Positions 18,958 through 27,678 of a stretch of DNA of 34,863 nucleotides are shown here, in pieces. The position numbers were made by a program, and so were the translations under genes. The stretch is from an uncultured Gammaproteobacteria bacterium (GTDB taxonomy: Bacteria > Cyanobacteriota > Vampirovibrionia > LMEP-6097). The number at the start of each line of letters is the position of its first letter. Position 1 is the stretch's first letter. Where the stretch lies: contig CAZQXM010000005.1 of NCBI GenBank assembly GCA_964597205.1, positions 1-34,863 on the forward strand. Reading direction: 5' to 3'. The notes beneath the pieces were generated by a model. It did not search any database, was not told the DNA's origin, and saw only the letters and a list, made by a program, of their open reading frames with translations.

Positions 18958-19869
18958 TCATCGGTTAAGTTTAGGATCTAACAAAGGAAAACACAATTCA
19001 ACTAAAGTGTTAATTATCAATAATAATAAGGCAAAAACCAAAACCACCCCTGAAACCAAAAAATAATCACGATTAATAAATGCCGTCACGAAATATTTGC
19101 CCATACCCGGCATAGAAAAAACATGTTCAACAACAAAACTTCCCGTAATCAATATCGCTGCTAATGGACCAACTACAGTAAGTATCGGTAACAGACTATT
19201 GCGCAGAGCGTGTTTGATTAATACTTGCATCGGCGCTACGCCTTTAGCAAGTGCGCTGCGAATATAATCCTGATTCAGTGTATCGAGCAGAGCTGAGCGC
19301 GTGATGCGAGTGATATAGGCAGTGGGAGCAAGTGAGAGCGTTAGCACTGGCAGAATAAAATACTCAGGACCTTCGGCAAGTGCCACCGGCAGCCACGAGA
19401 GTTGTAAACCAAAAATACTAACTAAGATGGCTGCCATTAAAAAACTTGGCAGTGACATAGCGAGTGTGGCGAAATTCAAAGCAACAGAACCCAGTAAAGA
19501 TCTAGGATAGAGAGCTGCTAAAGTTCCAGCAGTCACACCAAGCAGTGTACTAAGTATCAAAGCAAAAAATCCAAGTGTGAGTGATACCGGCAAAGCTTCA
19601 GCGAGAATCTCAGTTACCGAACGGCTAGTGTATTTAAGACTGGGACCTAGATCACCATGCATCACGCCTTCCATGTATTTGAGGTATTGATGGCTTAAAG
19701 GTTTATCGAGTCCATACTGACGTTCAAGATTAGCTTTGATCTCTGGAGCCAGTGCCCTATCTTGATCGAAGGGGCTGCCAGGTAAAATCCGCAGCATAAA
19801 GAAACTGGCGCTCACTGTAATAAAGAGAGTAATTATTAGAGTAATAAATTTAGTAACTAGTTGTTTGAT
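18958..19869 (-). CDS. oppB: Oligopeptide ABC permease OppB-like (start probably non-canonical, upstream of GTG 19815)
   Basis: PGSPF, YGLDKPL, GDLGPS, QDYIRSALAKG, KHALRNS and GSFVVE. The OppB-like N-terminus extends to about 19869. Confidence 0.88.
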   Translation of the reverse strand: MKQLVTKFITLIITLFITVSASFFMLRILPGSPFDQDRALAPEIKANLERQYGLDKPLSHQYLKYMEGVMHGDLGPSLKYTSRSVTEILAEALPVSLTLGFFALILSTLLGVTAGTLAALYPRSLLGSVALNFATLAMSLPSFLMAAILVSIFGLQLSWLPVALAEGPEYFILPVLTLSLAPTAYITRITRSALLDTLNQDYIRSALAKGVAPMQVLIKHALRNSLLPILTVVGPLAAILITGSFVVEHVFSMPGMGKYFVTAFINRDYFLVSGVVLVFALLLLIINTLVELCFPLLDPKLNR

Positions 19870-19902
19870 AACAACCCTAGTTTAACTTAGTTGTTGGAAA
19901 AA

Positions 19903-20106
19903 TTAGCCCTGGGCTTCAGTAGGTCCAGTTAGAGCTACTTCTTTATATTGGCGACCATTGTAATAGCCACAAGCTTCACAGATATTGTGTGATTTGTGCA
20001 TTTCGCCACAATTTTTGCAAGCAACGATGGTAGGCAAAGCGCCTTTCCAATTGGCCCTGCGGATTGCTTGGCGGTGGTGACTATGGTTTTTCTTAGGTAC
20101 TGGCAT
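19903..20106 (-). CDS. rpmF: 50S ribosomal protein L32 (Zn-ribbon form)
   Basis: MPVPKK..S.....RR, CKNCG and H..CEACGYYNGR. Confidence 0.96.
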   Translation of the reverse strand: MPVPKKNHSHHRQAIRRANWKGALPTIVACKNCGEMHKSHNICEACGYYNGRQYKEVALTGPTEAQG

Positions 20107-20254
20107 GGTTTTGAGCCTTAATATCCCGTAGGACAGGCAAGAATTGTAACATGCAAAAACTCTAGCGAAGCAGAAGCTTAAACTCCGCTTTAGGATTATA
20201 AATATCCGCGACGTAAATGTTTAAGATAATATAAAATGTACTATATTTATTATT

Positions 20255-20938
20255 ATGACTACTGCGTCCTTTCCAATAAAAATTCCAGACCAGGTTTTCA
20301 GGCTAGCTCTAGTTAGACCTGACTTGTGCAAGGCACAAAATGATAATACCTGGAAATTTTTAGTAAAAGGATTAAAAGATAAATTTGGTCATCAAATCCA
20401 CCCTAGAATAGAAATATTTACTGATCGTCTTGAAACTAATCAACCAGGACATCCAATGAATACTAGGGTCGTTGCAGACTTACTTCGCAACAATATTGGG
20501 GCTATTCGTATCCAAGCTACTATTGATAAGCCAAATTTTAATCAACTTGATAGAGCAGGACAAAATGCAGCACGCACAACTGCTAACCAAAAGCTAGCAA
20601 AACTTGGACCCAATGTAGTTAATAATCATGCTTATAGTATTGTTATAGCTCAAGAAAGTGATGAACATCAGGTGGCTGAAATGCTAGATCTCATGCCCCT
20701 TCGCAAAGGAAAGGTGTTTAGCTTGATAGATTGCGCTCGAGCAGGGGCTAGAACATTAGGAGAGTACTTGGCAAAGGCAGAAATAAAACCTGCTCGTTCA
20801 TATAGAACAGAAGAATCTAAGCCCGTGCTCGTTGATGTGCCAAGACTAAGAGAAAGAGCTAGTGATCCTGAGTTACTTGATTATATCTGCAAAGTCATAG
20901 AATTTAACAAGCCTAATGAAGAGGTACTTGCTGCCTAA
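20255..20938 (+). CDS. Hypothetical protein
   Basis: 227-aa ORF filling the rpmF-nadA gap. No motif recognised. Confidence 0.7.
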   Translation: MTTASFPIKIPDQVFRLALVRPDLCKAQNDNTWKFLVKGLKDKFGHQIHPRIEIFTDRLETNQPGHPMNTRVVADLLRNNIGAIRIQATIDKPNFNQLDRAGQNAARTTANQKLAKLGPNVVNNHAYSIVIAQESDEHQVAEMLDLMPLRKGKVFSLIDCARAGARTLGEYLAKAEIKPARSYRTEESKPVLVDVPRLRERASDPELLDYICKVIEFNKPNEEVLAA

Positions 20939-20959
20939 TGCGCTACAATTATCCAGACT

Positions 20960-21943
20960 ATGACTTTAATGGCAAGGTCAGTTGTCGATAAGACAGCTGA
21001 GAAGCAAGAGTTATTCAACAGAGTGCGCGAGCTGGCGAAAACCAAGAACGCCGTTATTCTTACGCATATTTATCAGCGTCTTGAAGTTCAGCGCGTGGCG
21101 GATTTTGTTGGTTACTCATTAATGCTCTCTAAGAGTGCAGCAGAAACTGACGCCGATATTATTGCTTTTTGTGGTGTGCATTTTATGGCGGAGACTGCTA
21201 AGCTGCTCAGCCCTACTAAGAAAGTTCTACTACCAGATATTCAATCTGGCTGCCCGATGGCAGATATGATTAACGTCGATGATTTGCGTTTGTTTAAAGC
21301 GAGTCACGAAGGCGCACCTGTGGTCTGTTATGTCAACAGCTCGGCAGCTGTGAAAGCCGAGTCGGATATTTGCTGCACCAGCACTAACGCTGTAGATATA
21401 GTGCGCTCGCTAAGTGAGCGTGAGGTGATTTTCGTTCCTGATAAGGGTCTAGGTGAGTGGGTGCAAGAACAAGTGCCCGACAAAAAACTACATATCTACG
21501 ATGGTTTCTGTCCGACACACTGGCAGATCACCGCCGCTGAAATCGACAAGCAGCGCGAAGAGTATCCAGAAGCTCTCATCATTGCTCATCCTGAGTGCGA
21601 TCCAGAGGTTTGGCGTAAGGCGGATTTCGTCGGTAGTACTTCGCAGATTTACAAATTCGTTGAAGAAAACCCAGGTAAGAGTTTCGTGATTCTTTCTGAG
21701 CAAGGTCTAGTAGCGCGCATGCAAGCTGATATGCCAGACAAGATTATCACTACAGTATTCCCGCTGCCGCTCTGTCCTAATATGAAATATCACAACCTCG
21801 AGAATCTCTATGATGCTATCGATCAAGAGTTCACTGAGATTAATATCCCAGAGCGCATCGCAGCACCTGCGCGCGCGACTATAGAGCGGATGATGGAAAT
21901 TAGTAACCGTAAGAAAATCTGGAGTGGACCTAGCAAAAACTAG
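20960..21943 (+). CDS. nadA: Quinolinate synthase
   Basis: FCGVHFMAETAK, GCPMA, YVNS, CTSTNA, FCPTH, AHPEC, GSTSQI and CPNMK. Confidence 0.96.
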   Translation: MTLMARSVVDKTAEKQELFNRVRELAKTKNAVILTHIYQRLEVQRVADFVGYSLMLSKSAAETDADIIAFCGVHFMAETAKLLSPTKKVLLPDIQSGCPMADMINVDDLRLFKASHEGAPVVCYVNSSAAVKAESDICCTSTNAVDIVRSLSEREVIFVPDKGLGEWVQEQVPDKKLHIYDGFCPTHWQITAAEIDKQREEYPEALIIAHPECDPEVWRKADFVGSTSQIYKFVEENPGKSFVILSEQGLVARMQADMPDKIITTVFPLPLCPNMKYHNLENLYDAIDQEFTEINIPERIAAPARATIERMMEISNRKKIWSGPSKN

Positions 21944-21971
21944 CCTGACGGCTAGTTTTTGCGCTTTAAAC
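21931..21971 (-). repeat. Hairpin repeat family B copy between convergent nadA and radical SAM genes; may act as terminator
   Basis: Perfect stem GCAAAAACTAGCC-TGAC-GGCTAGTTTTTGC (21933-21962). Contains the nadA TAG. Confidence 0.85.
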
Positions 21972-21977
21972 TTCGCG

Positions 21978-22913
21978 CTAGCTTAATACTGCTACCCTGC
22001 CCTCCAAATATTTATAAAGCTTCGTGAGAAACCCCTGCTTCTTCCCGCTCATCGCCCACTCTGGCGCAATCAATTCTCCGCGCGGACCTTCGCCCATAAC
22101 TCGCTGTATCACCCAGTGCTTAGGTATGCGCGCAAGAAACTCCGCAAGCAATTCTATATATTCGTCTTCTTCGAACACTGCTAATTCACCATTGAGGTAA
22201 TCTATCTCCATCGGTGTGCCTTTAAAGATGCAGAGTTGGTGGATCTTAAGATGGTCTATCGGTAGTAGAGCAAGACGCTCAGCGGTCTCGAGTATCATCT
22301 CACGGGTCTCACCAGGCAAACCCAAAATCACATGAGTGCAAATTTTAAGATGCGGATTTTTAAGCGCAGCGAGACGATTAACTGCATCGACGAAATCTTC
22401 ATAAGTGTGGGCGCGATTGATTCGTTCTTGAGTGATGTTGTGCGAAGTCTGAACTCCAATATCTACCCAGAGTTCTAATGGCTCTTGTCTGTTACGTACT
22501 AAACCTGCATACTCATTTAGCAGAGCTAGAACATCATCACCAACACAATCTGGCCGAGTGCCGATGGCAAGCACGCGCACACTAGGATGATCTATTGCTT
22601 GATCGTAAAGCCGGCGCAATTCTTCAACTGGCGCATAAGTATTAGTGAAAGACTGGAAATAAGCGATAAACTTATCGACACCGAACCTGCGCCCCTGCTC
22701 TTCTATACCTTGAAGTAGCTGAGCGCGAATAGTATCAGTAGCATTCTGGGCTAGTGAGCTTGAGCCTTCATCGGTGCAGAAGGTGCAACCACCAATAGCC
22801 TTAGTACCGTCGCGGTTAGGACAGGTAAAGCCACCCTCTAGGGTAACGCGCTGCACCCCGCCGCCAAAGCGCTCTCGCAGGTATTGATTTAGCGTAATAT
22901 AAGGGGCTTGCAA
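21978..22913 (-). CDS. TIGR01212-family radical SAM protein (YhcC/YtqA-like)
   Basis: GFTCPNRDG....GCTFC, YFQSFTNTY, IGTRPDC, HVILGLPGE and KIHQL. Confidence 0.92.
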   Translation of the reverse strand: MQAPYITLNQYLRERFGGGVQRVTLEGGFTCPNRDGTKAIGGCTFCTDEGSSSLAQNATDTIRAQLLQGIEEQGRRFGVDKFIAYFQSFTNTYAPVEELRRLYDQAIDHPSVRVLAIGTRPDCVGDDVLALLNEYAGLVRNRQEPLELWVDIGVQTSHNITQERINRAHTYEDFVDAVNRLAALKNPHLKICTHVILGLPGETREMILETAERLALLPIDHLKIHQLCIFKGTPMEIDYLNGELAVFEEDEYIELLAEFLARIPKHWVIQRVMGEGPRGELIAPEWAMSGKKQGFLTKLYKYLEGRVAVLS

Positions 22914-22979
22914 GGGTGAAAATTATATCATTACAAAATGATTGACCAGCCTGCTGGTCTTATGTTAAATTAGTTGTTT

Positions 22980-23708
22980 ATGGCTGGATTTCACCTGCAC
23001 ATTATAAACAATCCTACGGGTCACCCAGCACAACAGGTTTATTACCACGGAACCAACTTACCTTCTGTTGACTCTAGCACTGAAAAACAAATAGTCAAAA
23101 GTATAATCCCTGTTGATCAACTTTTGGCACCCAATTATTTGCACGGCACTGTACTAAAAAATATAGATCATATTATTCGACTTGCAAACAGCGTTGATAA
23201 TGCAGAGACTGATACAGACAAAGAGACTGCTGGAAGAATACAAGGGTTTCTTTTGCAGATAGCTGACGCGCTCAGAGTAAAAGTTGAAGATGCTTTGCAA
23301 GAGATTACAATTAAATCCAAATCAATAGTCTTTCAACTTCTTACGCCAGCTGGAGGAACAGGTCAGGCAAGACAGTTAATGGCACTTGCAGGTGATAAAC
23401 CTCTAAGAACTTGCACCGTAAATCTTGATGACAACAATCAAGTGCAATCAATTCGCTTAGATGATTCTCTTAATGCTTGCACACAATCCCTACATGCTTC
23501 AACTGTTGATGCAGAGTATGTTAATGGATTACCTTCAAGGGTAGCAGTTCAAACAGCCGTGCCTAAGAGTTCGGATCAGGTCTTACTAAGCCTCTTTGAA
23601 GCACCAACTGCAGACAAAGAAAGTCTGCTTATGACCAGCATTAGAACTAATTCTCAGCTTACCTCCGCACATACCTCACGTCTTCCTAAAAGCCGCTTGC
23701 TACAATAA
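22980..23708 (+). CDS. Hypothetical protein
   Basis: ORF of about 242 aa. ATG 22980 lies 8 nt after TGtTAAATT. Confidence 0.68.
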   Translation: MAGFHLHIINNPTGHPAQQVYYHGTNLPSVDSSTEKQIVKSIIPVDQLLAPNYLHGTVLKNIDHIIRLANSVDNAETDTDKETAGRIQGFLLQIADALRVKVEDALQEITIKSKSIVFQLLTPAGGTGQARQLMALAGDKPLRTCTVNLDDNNQVQSIRLDDSLNACTQSLHASTVDAEYVNGLPSRVAVQTAVPKSSDQVLLSLFEAPTADKESLLMTSIRTNSQLTSAHTSRLPKSRLLQ

Positions 23709-23714
23709 CTACTT

Positions 23715-24467
23715 ATGTCCAACTCTCTTCCTATAGTCCTTGGCGTAACTGGTGCTAGCGGAGCCGTTTATGGACTTAAATTATTAGAGTTTTTACTAGT
23801 GCATGATTATCAGGTTGAATTAGTTTATTCTGATAACGCTAAACTAGTTGCCTATCATGAGCTTGGTTATGATTTTCGTAACACTAACAAACAAAAGTTT
23901 AAGCAGCAGTTAATTGGATTGTTTCGCAATAAGACTGATAGTCATAACAAGAAAGGGATCCCTAGCTGCGGCACGGAGGTCCTTCGCGATGCTCAGGACG
24001 ACAGATGTTTTGAGAACAATCTCCGCATCTGGGATCACAGTGATGTCGCAGCTAGTGTCTCTAGCGGTTCCTATAAAACCCAAGGCATGATTATCGCGCC
24101 AGCAAGTATGGGCACCATCGCTAATATCGCTGCGGGCACCAGCAACAACCTTATTGCGCGCGCTGCTGATGTGGTGCTTAAAGAGAGACGCAAACTTATA
24201 CTCGTTGCTCGCGAGACACCGCTTAGTACTATTCACTTGCGTAATATGCTTACGCTAAGCGAGATGGGGGCTGTAGTTTTGCCTGCTGCTCCTGGTTTCT
24301 ACCAGCATCCTAAAACTATTGAGGATCAGGTGAATTTTGTTCTGGGTAAAACCATAGATGCTTTTGGTTTAGATCATGATTTGTTTACGCGCTGGACCAA
24401 CCATGGTCATAGCAAAAACGTGACAGACGTCATCCTGAGCGAAGCGAAAGGATCCCCCGTACAATGA
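23715..24467 (+). CDS. ubiX: Flavin prenyltransferase UbiX with repeat-derived insert and tail
   Basis: GVTGASG, SSGS, APASMGT, RAADVVLKERRKL, RETPL, HLRNM and PGFYQHP. Confidence 0.95.
   Translation: MSNSLPIVLGVTGASGAVYGLKLLEFLLVHDYQVELVYSDNAKLVAYHELGYDFRNTNKQKFKQQLIGLFRNKTDSHNKKGIPSCGTEVLRDAQDDRCFENNLRIWDHSDVAASVSSGSYKTQGMIIAPASMGTIANIAAGTSNNLIARAADVVLKERRKLILVARETPLSTIHLRNMLTLSEMGAVVLPAAPGFYQHPKTIEDQVNFVLGKTIDAFGLDHDLFTRWTNHGHSKNVTDVILSEAKGSPVQ
23941..24002. repeat. Decayed full copy of repeat family A, in frame inside ubiX
   Basis: Right arm GGTCCTTCGCGATGCTCAGGACGAC (23978-24002). Spacer CCTAG...GCACGG resembles TCTAG...GCACGG of the 518 copy. Eroded left arm GTCAT...AGGGATC. Confidence 0.78.
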
Positions 24468-24468
24468 C
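24410..24468. repeat. Chimeric repeat B/repeat A junction encoding the UbiX C-terminus
   Basis: TAGCAAAAACGTGAC-AGAC-GTCA (family B) runs directly into GTCATCCTGAGCGAAGCGAAAGGATC (family A, 24429-24454). Confidence 0.85.
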
Positions 24469-24482
24469 TTATAATATTTCCC

Positions 24483-25652
24483 ATGCAAAGCCTCTCCGAG
24501 TTCCTAACTAAAGTCAATCAAGAACTCAAAAACACTAATCTTTTTCGTAATATCGAAGATAAAGTTATTAGTGATGATGAAATAAGTTTTAGTGGTAATG
24601 ATTATCTCGGTCTCGCCCGCGAGCATTACAGTGCAGGGCTTACAGATTATTGGGGTAGCACTGGCTCGCGCCTCACTACTGGCACGCACCAGGTCCATTT
24701 AAATCTTGAAGCATTAATTGCGCGCTGGAAAAAAACCGAGGCAGCAATATTATTTAGTAGCGGATATATGGCTAATCTCGGGGCGATTAGTGTACTGCTT
24801 GATTCGCGTGATGTGGTTTTCGTAGATGAGGTGGCTCATGCCTGCATTTATGAAGGTATTAGGCTAAGCAAAGCTCGTAAAAATATTTTTAGACATAATG
24901 ATGTCACTCATCTTGAGCAGCTTTTAGCTAAATCTCGCAACGATGGCGAGAAAGCTCTAATTATTACTGATGCCGTATTTAGCATGGACGGCGATAGAGC
25001 ACCCTTAGCTGAAATATCTAAACTTGCTCATAAATATAATGCTAGTCTCTATGTCGATGAAGCGCACGGCGCTGGCGTGCTTGGTGCTCGCGGGGCTGGT
25101 TTGGTCGAAGAACTAATCGACGAAGGTTTACTAAAAGCTGGCGATGTGGAAATTCAGATGGGGACTTTCTCTAAAGCCATAGGGCTTGAAGGTGGTTATA
25201 TCGCAGGCTCAGAAGAATTGATTACTTATTTGCGCAATAAGGCGCGCACTTTCATTTATAGTACTGCGGCGGCACCAATAGTAGTCGCTGAAGCTTATGA
25301 GCGCGTGCGCAGATTATGCGATGGCGAGCTTAATGATCGCAGAGAAAAATTAGTTACCAATATAGAATATTTCCGCGCGCAAATCGCCGCTAAAGGTTTT
25401 ACTGTTTACCATAGTGCCTGCCCTATTGCTGAAGAGGATACCAAGCATAAGGTCTATAACGATTTAACTGCTATCTTCGCAGTCTTCGTCGGTGATACCG
25501 ATAAGACTATGGCTGTGGCTGCCAAGCTACGTAAGGCTGGAATTTTCGTAACACCGATACGCCCACCAACAGTGAAGCAGGCGCGCTTGCGTATATCTAT
25601 GAGTGCCCGTCATAGTAAAGAGCAGATAGATAAATTACTCTCGCTACTGTGA
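24483..25652 (+). CDS. bioF: 8-amino-7-oxononanoate synthase (PLP class II)
   Basis: FSGNDYLGLA, GSRL, FSSGYMAN, VFSMDGD, DEAHG, GTFSKA and IRPPTV. Confidence 0.92.
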   Translation: MQSLSEFLTKVNQELKNTNLFRNIEDKVISDDEISFSGNDYLGLAREHYSAGLTDYWGSTGSRLTTGTHQVHLNLEALIARWKKTEAAILFSSGYMANLGAISVLLDSRDVVFVDEVAHACIYEGIRLSKARKNIFRHNDVTHLEQLLAKSRNDGEKALIITDAVFSMDGDRAPLAEISKLAHKYNASLYVDEAHGAGVLGARGAGLVEELIDEGLLKAGDVEIQMGTFSKAIGLEGGYIAGSEELITYLRNKARTFIYSTAAAPIVVAEAYERVRRLCDGELNDRREKLVTNIEYFRAQIAAKGFTVYHSACPIAEEDTKHKVYNDLTAIFAVFVGDTDKTMAVAAKLRKAGIFVTPIRPPTVKQARLRISMSARHSKEQIDKLLSLL

Positions 25653-25690
25653 TGACCGTGATAAAATCACAAATCCAAAGGGGCTAAAAC

Positions 25691-26434
25691 ATGGCTAAAA
25701 AACTTTTTATAGACTTAGAAACCACTGGCATTGATGCTGTCAAAGACCGCATCTGCCAAATCGCGATCATTAATGTCGATGGCACAGAATTCTCTTCTCT
25801 AATCAACCCAGAGAAAGTAATTCCTGAACAAGCAACTGCCATCCATGGCATTACTAATGCGATGGTACTCGACGCGCCTAAGTTCGGTGAAGTCGCTGAG
25901 AGGGTGCGCGAGATGCTAGCTGCTGCCGATCATTTCGTAGCTTACAATGGGATCTTCGATTTTCAGTTCTTGCAGTCAGAACTCAATCGCACTATAGGTT
26001 TCGATCTTAATGAGCGCAATTATACTTTTGTTGATCCATACAAGATTTTTCGCAAAATGTTTCCGCATAATCTTTCTAATGCTTATCACTATTACACTGG
26101 CAAGCCTCTTGAGAATGCGCATAACGCTATTGTCGATATTCGCGCTACTCGTGAAATATTAGAGCAGCAAGAAAATAAATACCCTGAATTGTTTAGTCAT
26201 GGTTACGAGCATGTAGCGCGTGAGACTATTGGCAGCACTTCAGTATTAGGTAAATGGTTTGAAGTTAAAGAAGATCAAGCAACATATTTCAAACAAGGCA
26301 AGCATAAAGGTGAAAAAGTATCTCTTGCTCAAGACGGCTACCTTAAATGGATAAACGGGCTAGAAGACATTACAGTTTCTGAGCGCCGCTTCATTAATGA
26401 GATCCTTTCGCAGCTAAAACAGCCGGCTCGTTAA
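25691..26434 (+). CDS. DEDDh 3'-5' exonuclease (DnaQ/ExoX-like)
   Basis: DLETTG, IHGIT, N..FD and AHNAIVD, with a C-terminal F..GKHKG....YLKW module. Confidence 0.9.
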   Translation: MAKKLFIDLETTGIDAVKDRICQIAIINVDGTEFSSLINPEKVIPEQATAIHGITNAMVLDAPKFGEVAERVREMLAAADHFVAYNGIFDFQFLQSELNRTIGFDLNERNYTFVDPYKIFRKMFPHNLSNAYHYYTGKPLENAHNAIVDIRATREILEQQENKYPELFSHGYEHVARETIGSTSVLGKWFEVKEDQATYFKQGKHKGEKVSLAQDGYLKWINGLEDITVSERRFINEILSQLKQPAR

Positions 26435-26580
26435 GAAGTCTTAACCTAAATACCTGAAAACCCCTAAAAAGCGCGTATTATAGGCCTTTTTCTTTAAAAA
26501 TATTTAGCTTTCAGGCTATCAATCCTAGCTGGAGCATAACCTTATATACTCACGAATCACCAAGAGGGACATTAAAAATT

Positions 26581-27117
26581 ATGCTTCAAGTAAAAGAAAT
26601 AGAGAACAAATTCATTTTCAAAAAATTAATTAGCGATGTTAGCTATATTAGCGATGCTGAAGGCCAAGTTCTTGGCTTCAATAGACAAGCTAATGGCAAC
26701 AATGTGATTTTTACTAAAGACCTTGAAGGTATTGAAGTTGCTATTGAGCATTGTCCTGATGGCACCAAGATTTTCCACATGGAGAAAGATTCTAAGGGTC
26801 TGCCTGCAATGCATGAGTTCAAACCAGATGGCACTGAGTTTATTTATCTTTTCGATTCTTCTAAAATTCTAGAGAAAGTAGTAGAGCTTAAAACCAACGG
26901 GGACAAACTTACTTATTGGTTCTCTAAGAATGGTGATGAGATCACTCAAGAGCAAAGACAAAAAGGTGGCATTCTATTCAAGATGCGCACTTCTTTCGCT
27001 GAGGCGCTTGTTTGGCTGCATAGCGATGGTGATGTAGAAAGCCATGGTCACCCTAAAGTAATAGAACATTTGCAAAAAGTTTTCGGTCAATACCTTGATG
27101 GTGTTGCTCTAATCTAA
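26581..27117 (+). CDS. Hypothetical protein with beta-hairpin (P/T/S-D/N-G) repeats
   Basis: SD AGAGGG upstream. Repeats HCPDGTKIF, FKPDGTEFI, LKTNGDKLT and LHSDGDVES. Confidence 0.72.
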   Translation: MLQVKEIENKFIFKKLISDVSYISDAEGQVLGFNRQANGNNVIFTKDLEGIEVAIEHCPDGTKIFHMEKDSKGLPAMHEFKPDGTEFIYLFDSSKILEKVVELKTNGDKLTYWFSKNGDEITQEQRQKGGILFKMRTSFAEALVWLHSDGDVESHGHPKVIEHLQKVFGQYLDGVALI

Positions 27118-27621
27118 TTAATATTTACTTGTAGCTCTATCAATATCACGTTGCTGAGCTTTGCGTTTAAGAGTATCGCGCTTATCGTGTTGTTTTTTAC
27201 CTTCAGCAAGACTTAGACTTACCTTAGCGTAATTGCCTTTAAAAAAAACCTTGGTCGCTACTAAAGTTTTATTAGTGGTAGCTAGCTCGAATTCTATTTT
27301 GTCTAATTCACCACGATTAAGTAGAAGTTTTTTGGCGCGCATTGGATCATGCTGCTTAGCACTATGAGAATACTCAGCAATCTGGCAGTTAAATAACCAC
27401 GCCTCGCCATCAATAATCTTGGCGTAACAAGCTTTAAGCTGCACCTGCCCGAGCCGGACGGACTTAACCTCAGAACCTTCTAATATGATCCCGGCTATTA
27501 TCTCTTTACCTAAATGAAAATCGTGACGGGCTTTACGGTTTTGCGCGACAGTAGCCTTACCGCTCTTAGTATCGGCGGCTCGTTTCTCTTTGAGCTTTTT
27601 TTGTTGTTTGGCGCGGCCCAT
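27118..27621 (-). CDS. smpB: SsrA-binding protein
   Basis: NRKARHDF, AGIILEGSEVKSVR, R.KKLLL and GKKQHDKR. Confidence 0.96.
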   Translation of the reverse strand: MGRAKQQKKLKEKRAADTKSGKATVAQNRKARHDFHLGKEIIAGIILEGSEVKSVRLGQVQLKACYAKIIDGEAWLFNCQIAEYSHSAKQHDPMRAKKLLLNRGELDKIEFELATTNKTLVATKVFFKGNYAKVSLSLAEGKKQHDKRDTLKRKAQQRDIDRATSKY

Positions 27622-27678
27622 ATTTACTTATTATAGTAGGCGGTCTAGCCTTAAAATTTCGGGTATCATATTAGTTAT

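Noticed and set aside
21586-21603. TCATCCTGAG resembling repeat A in nadA (similar CCTGAGCG in thrS near 31241)
   Set aside because: These encode conserved protein motifs (AHPEC; IRNAQ) and lack the GCGAAGGATC half.
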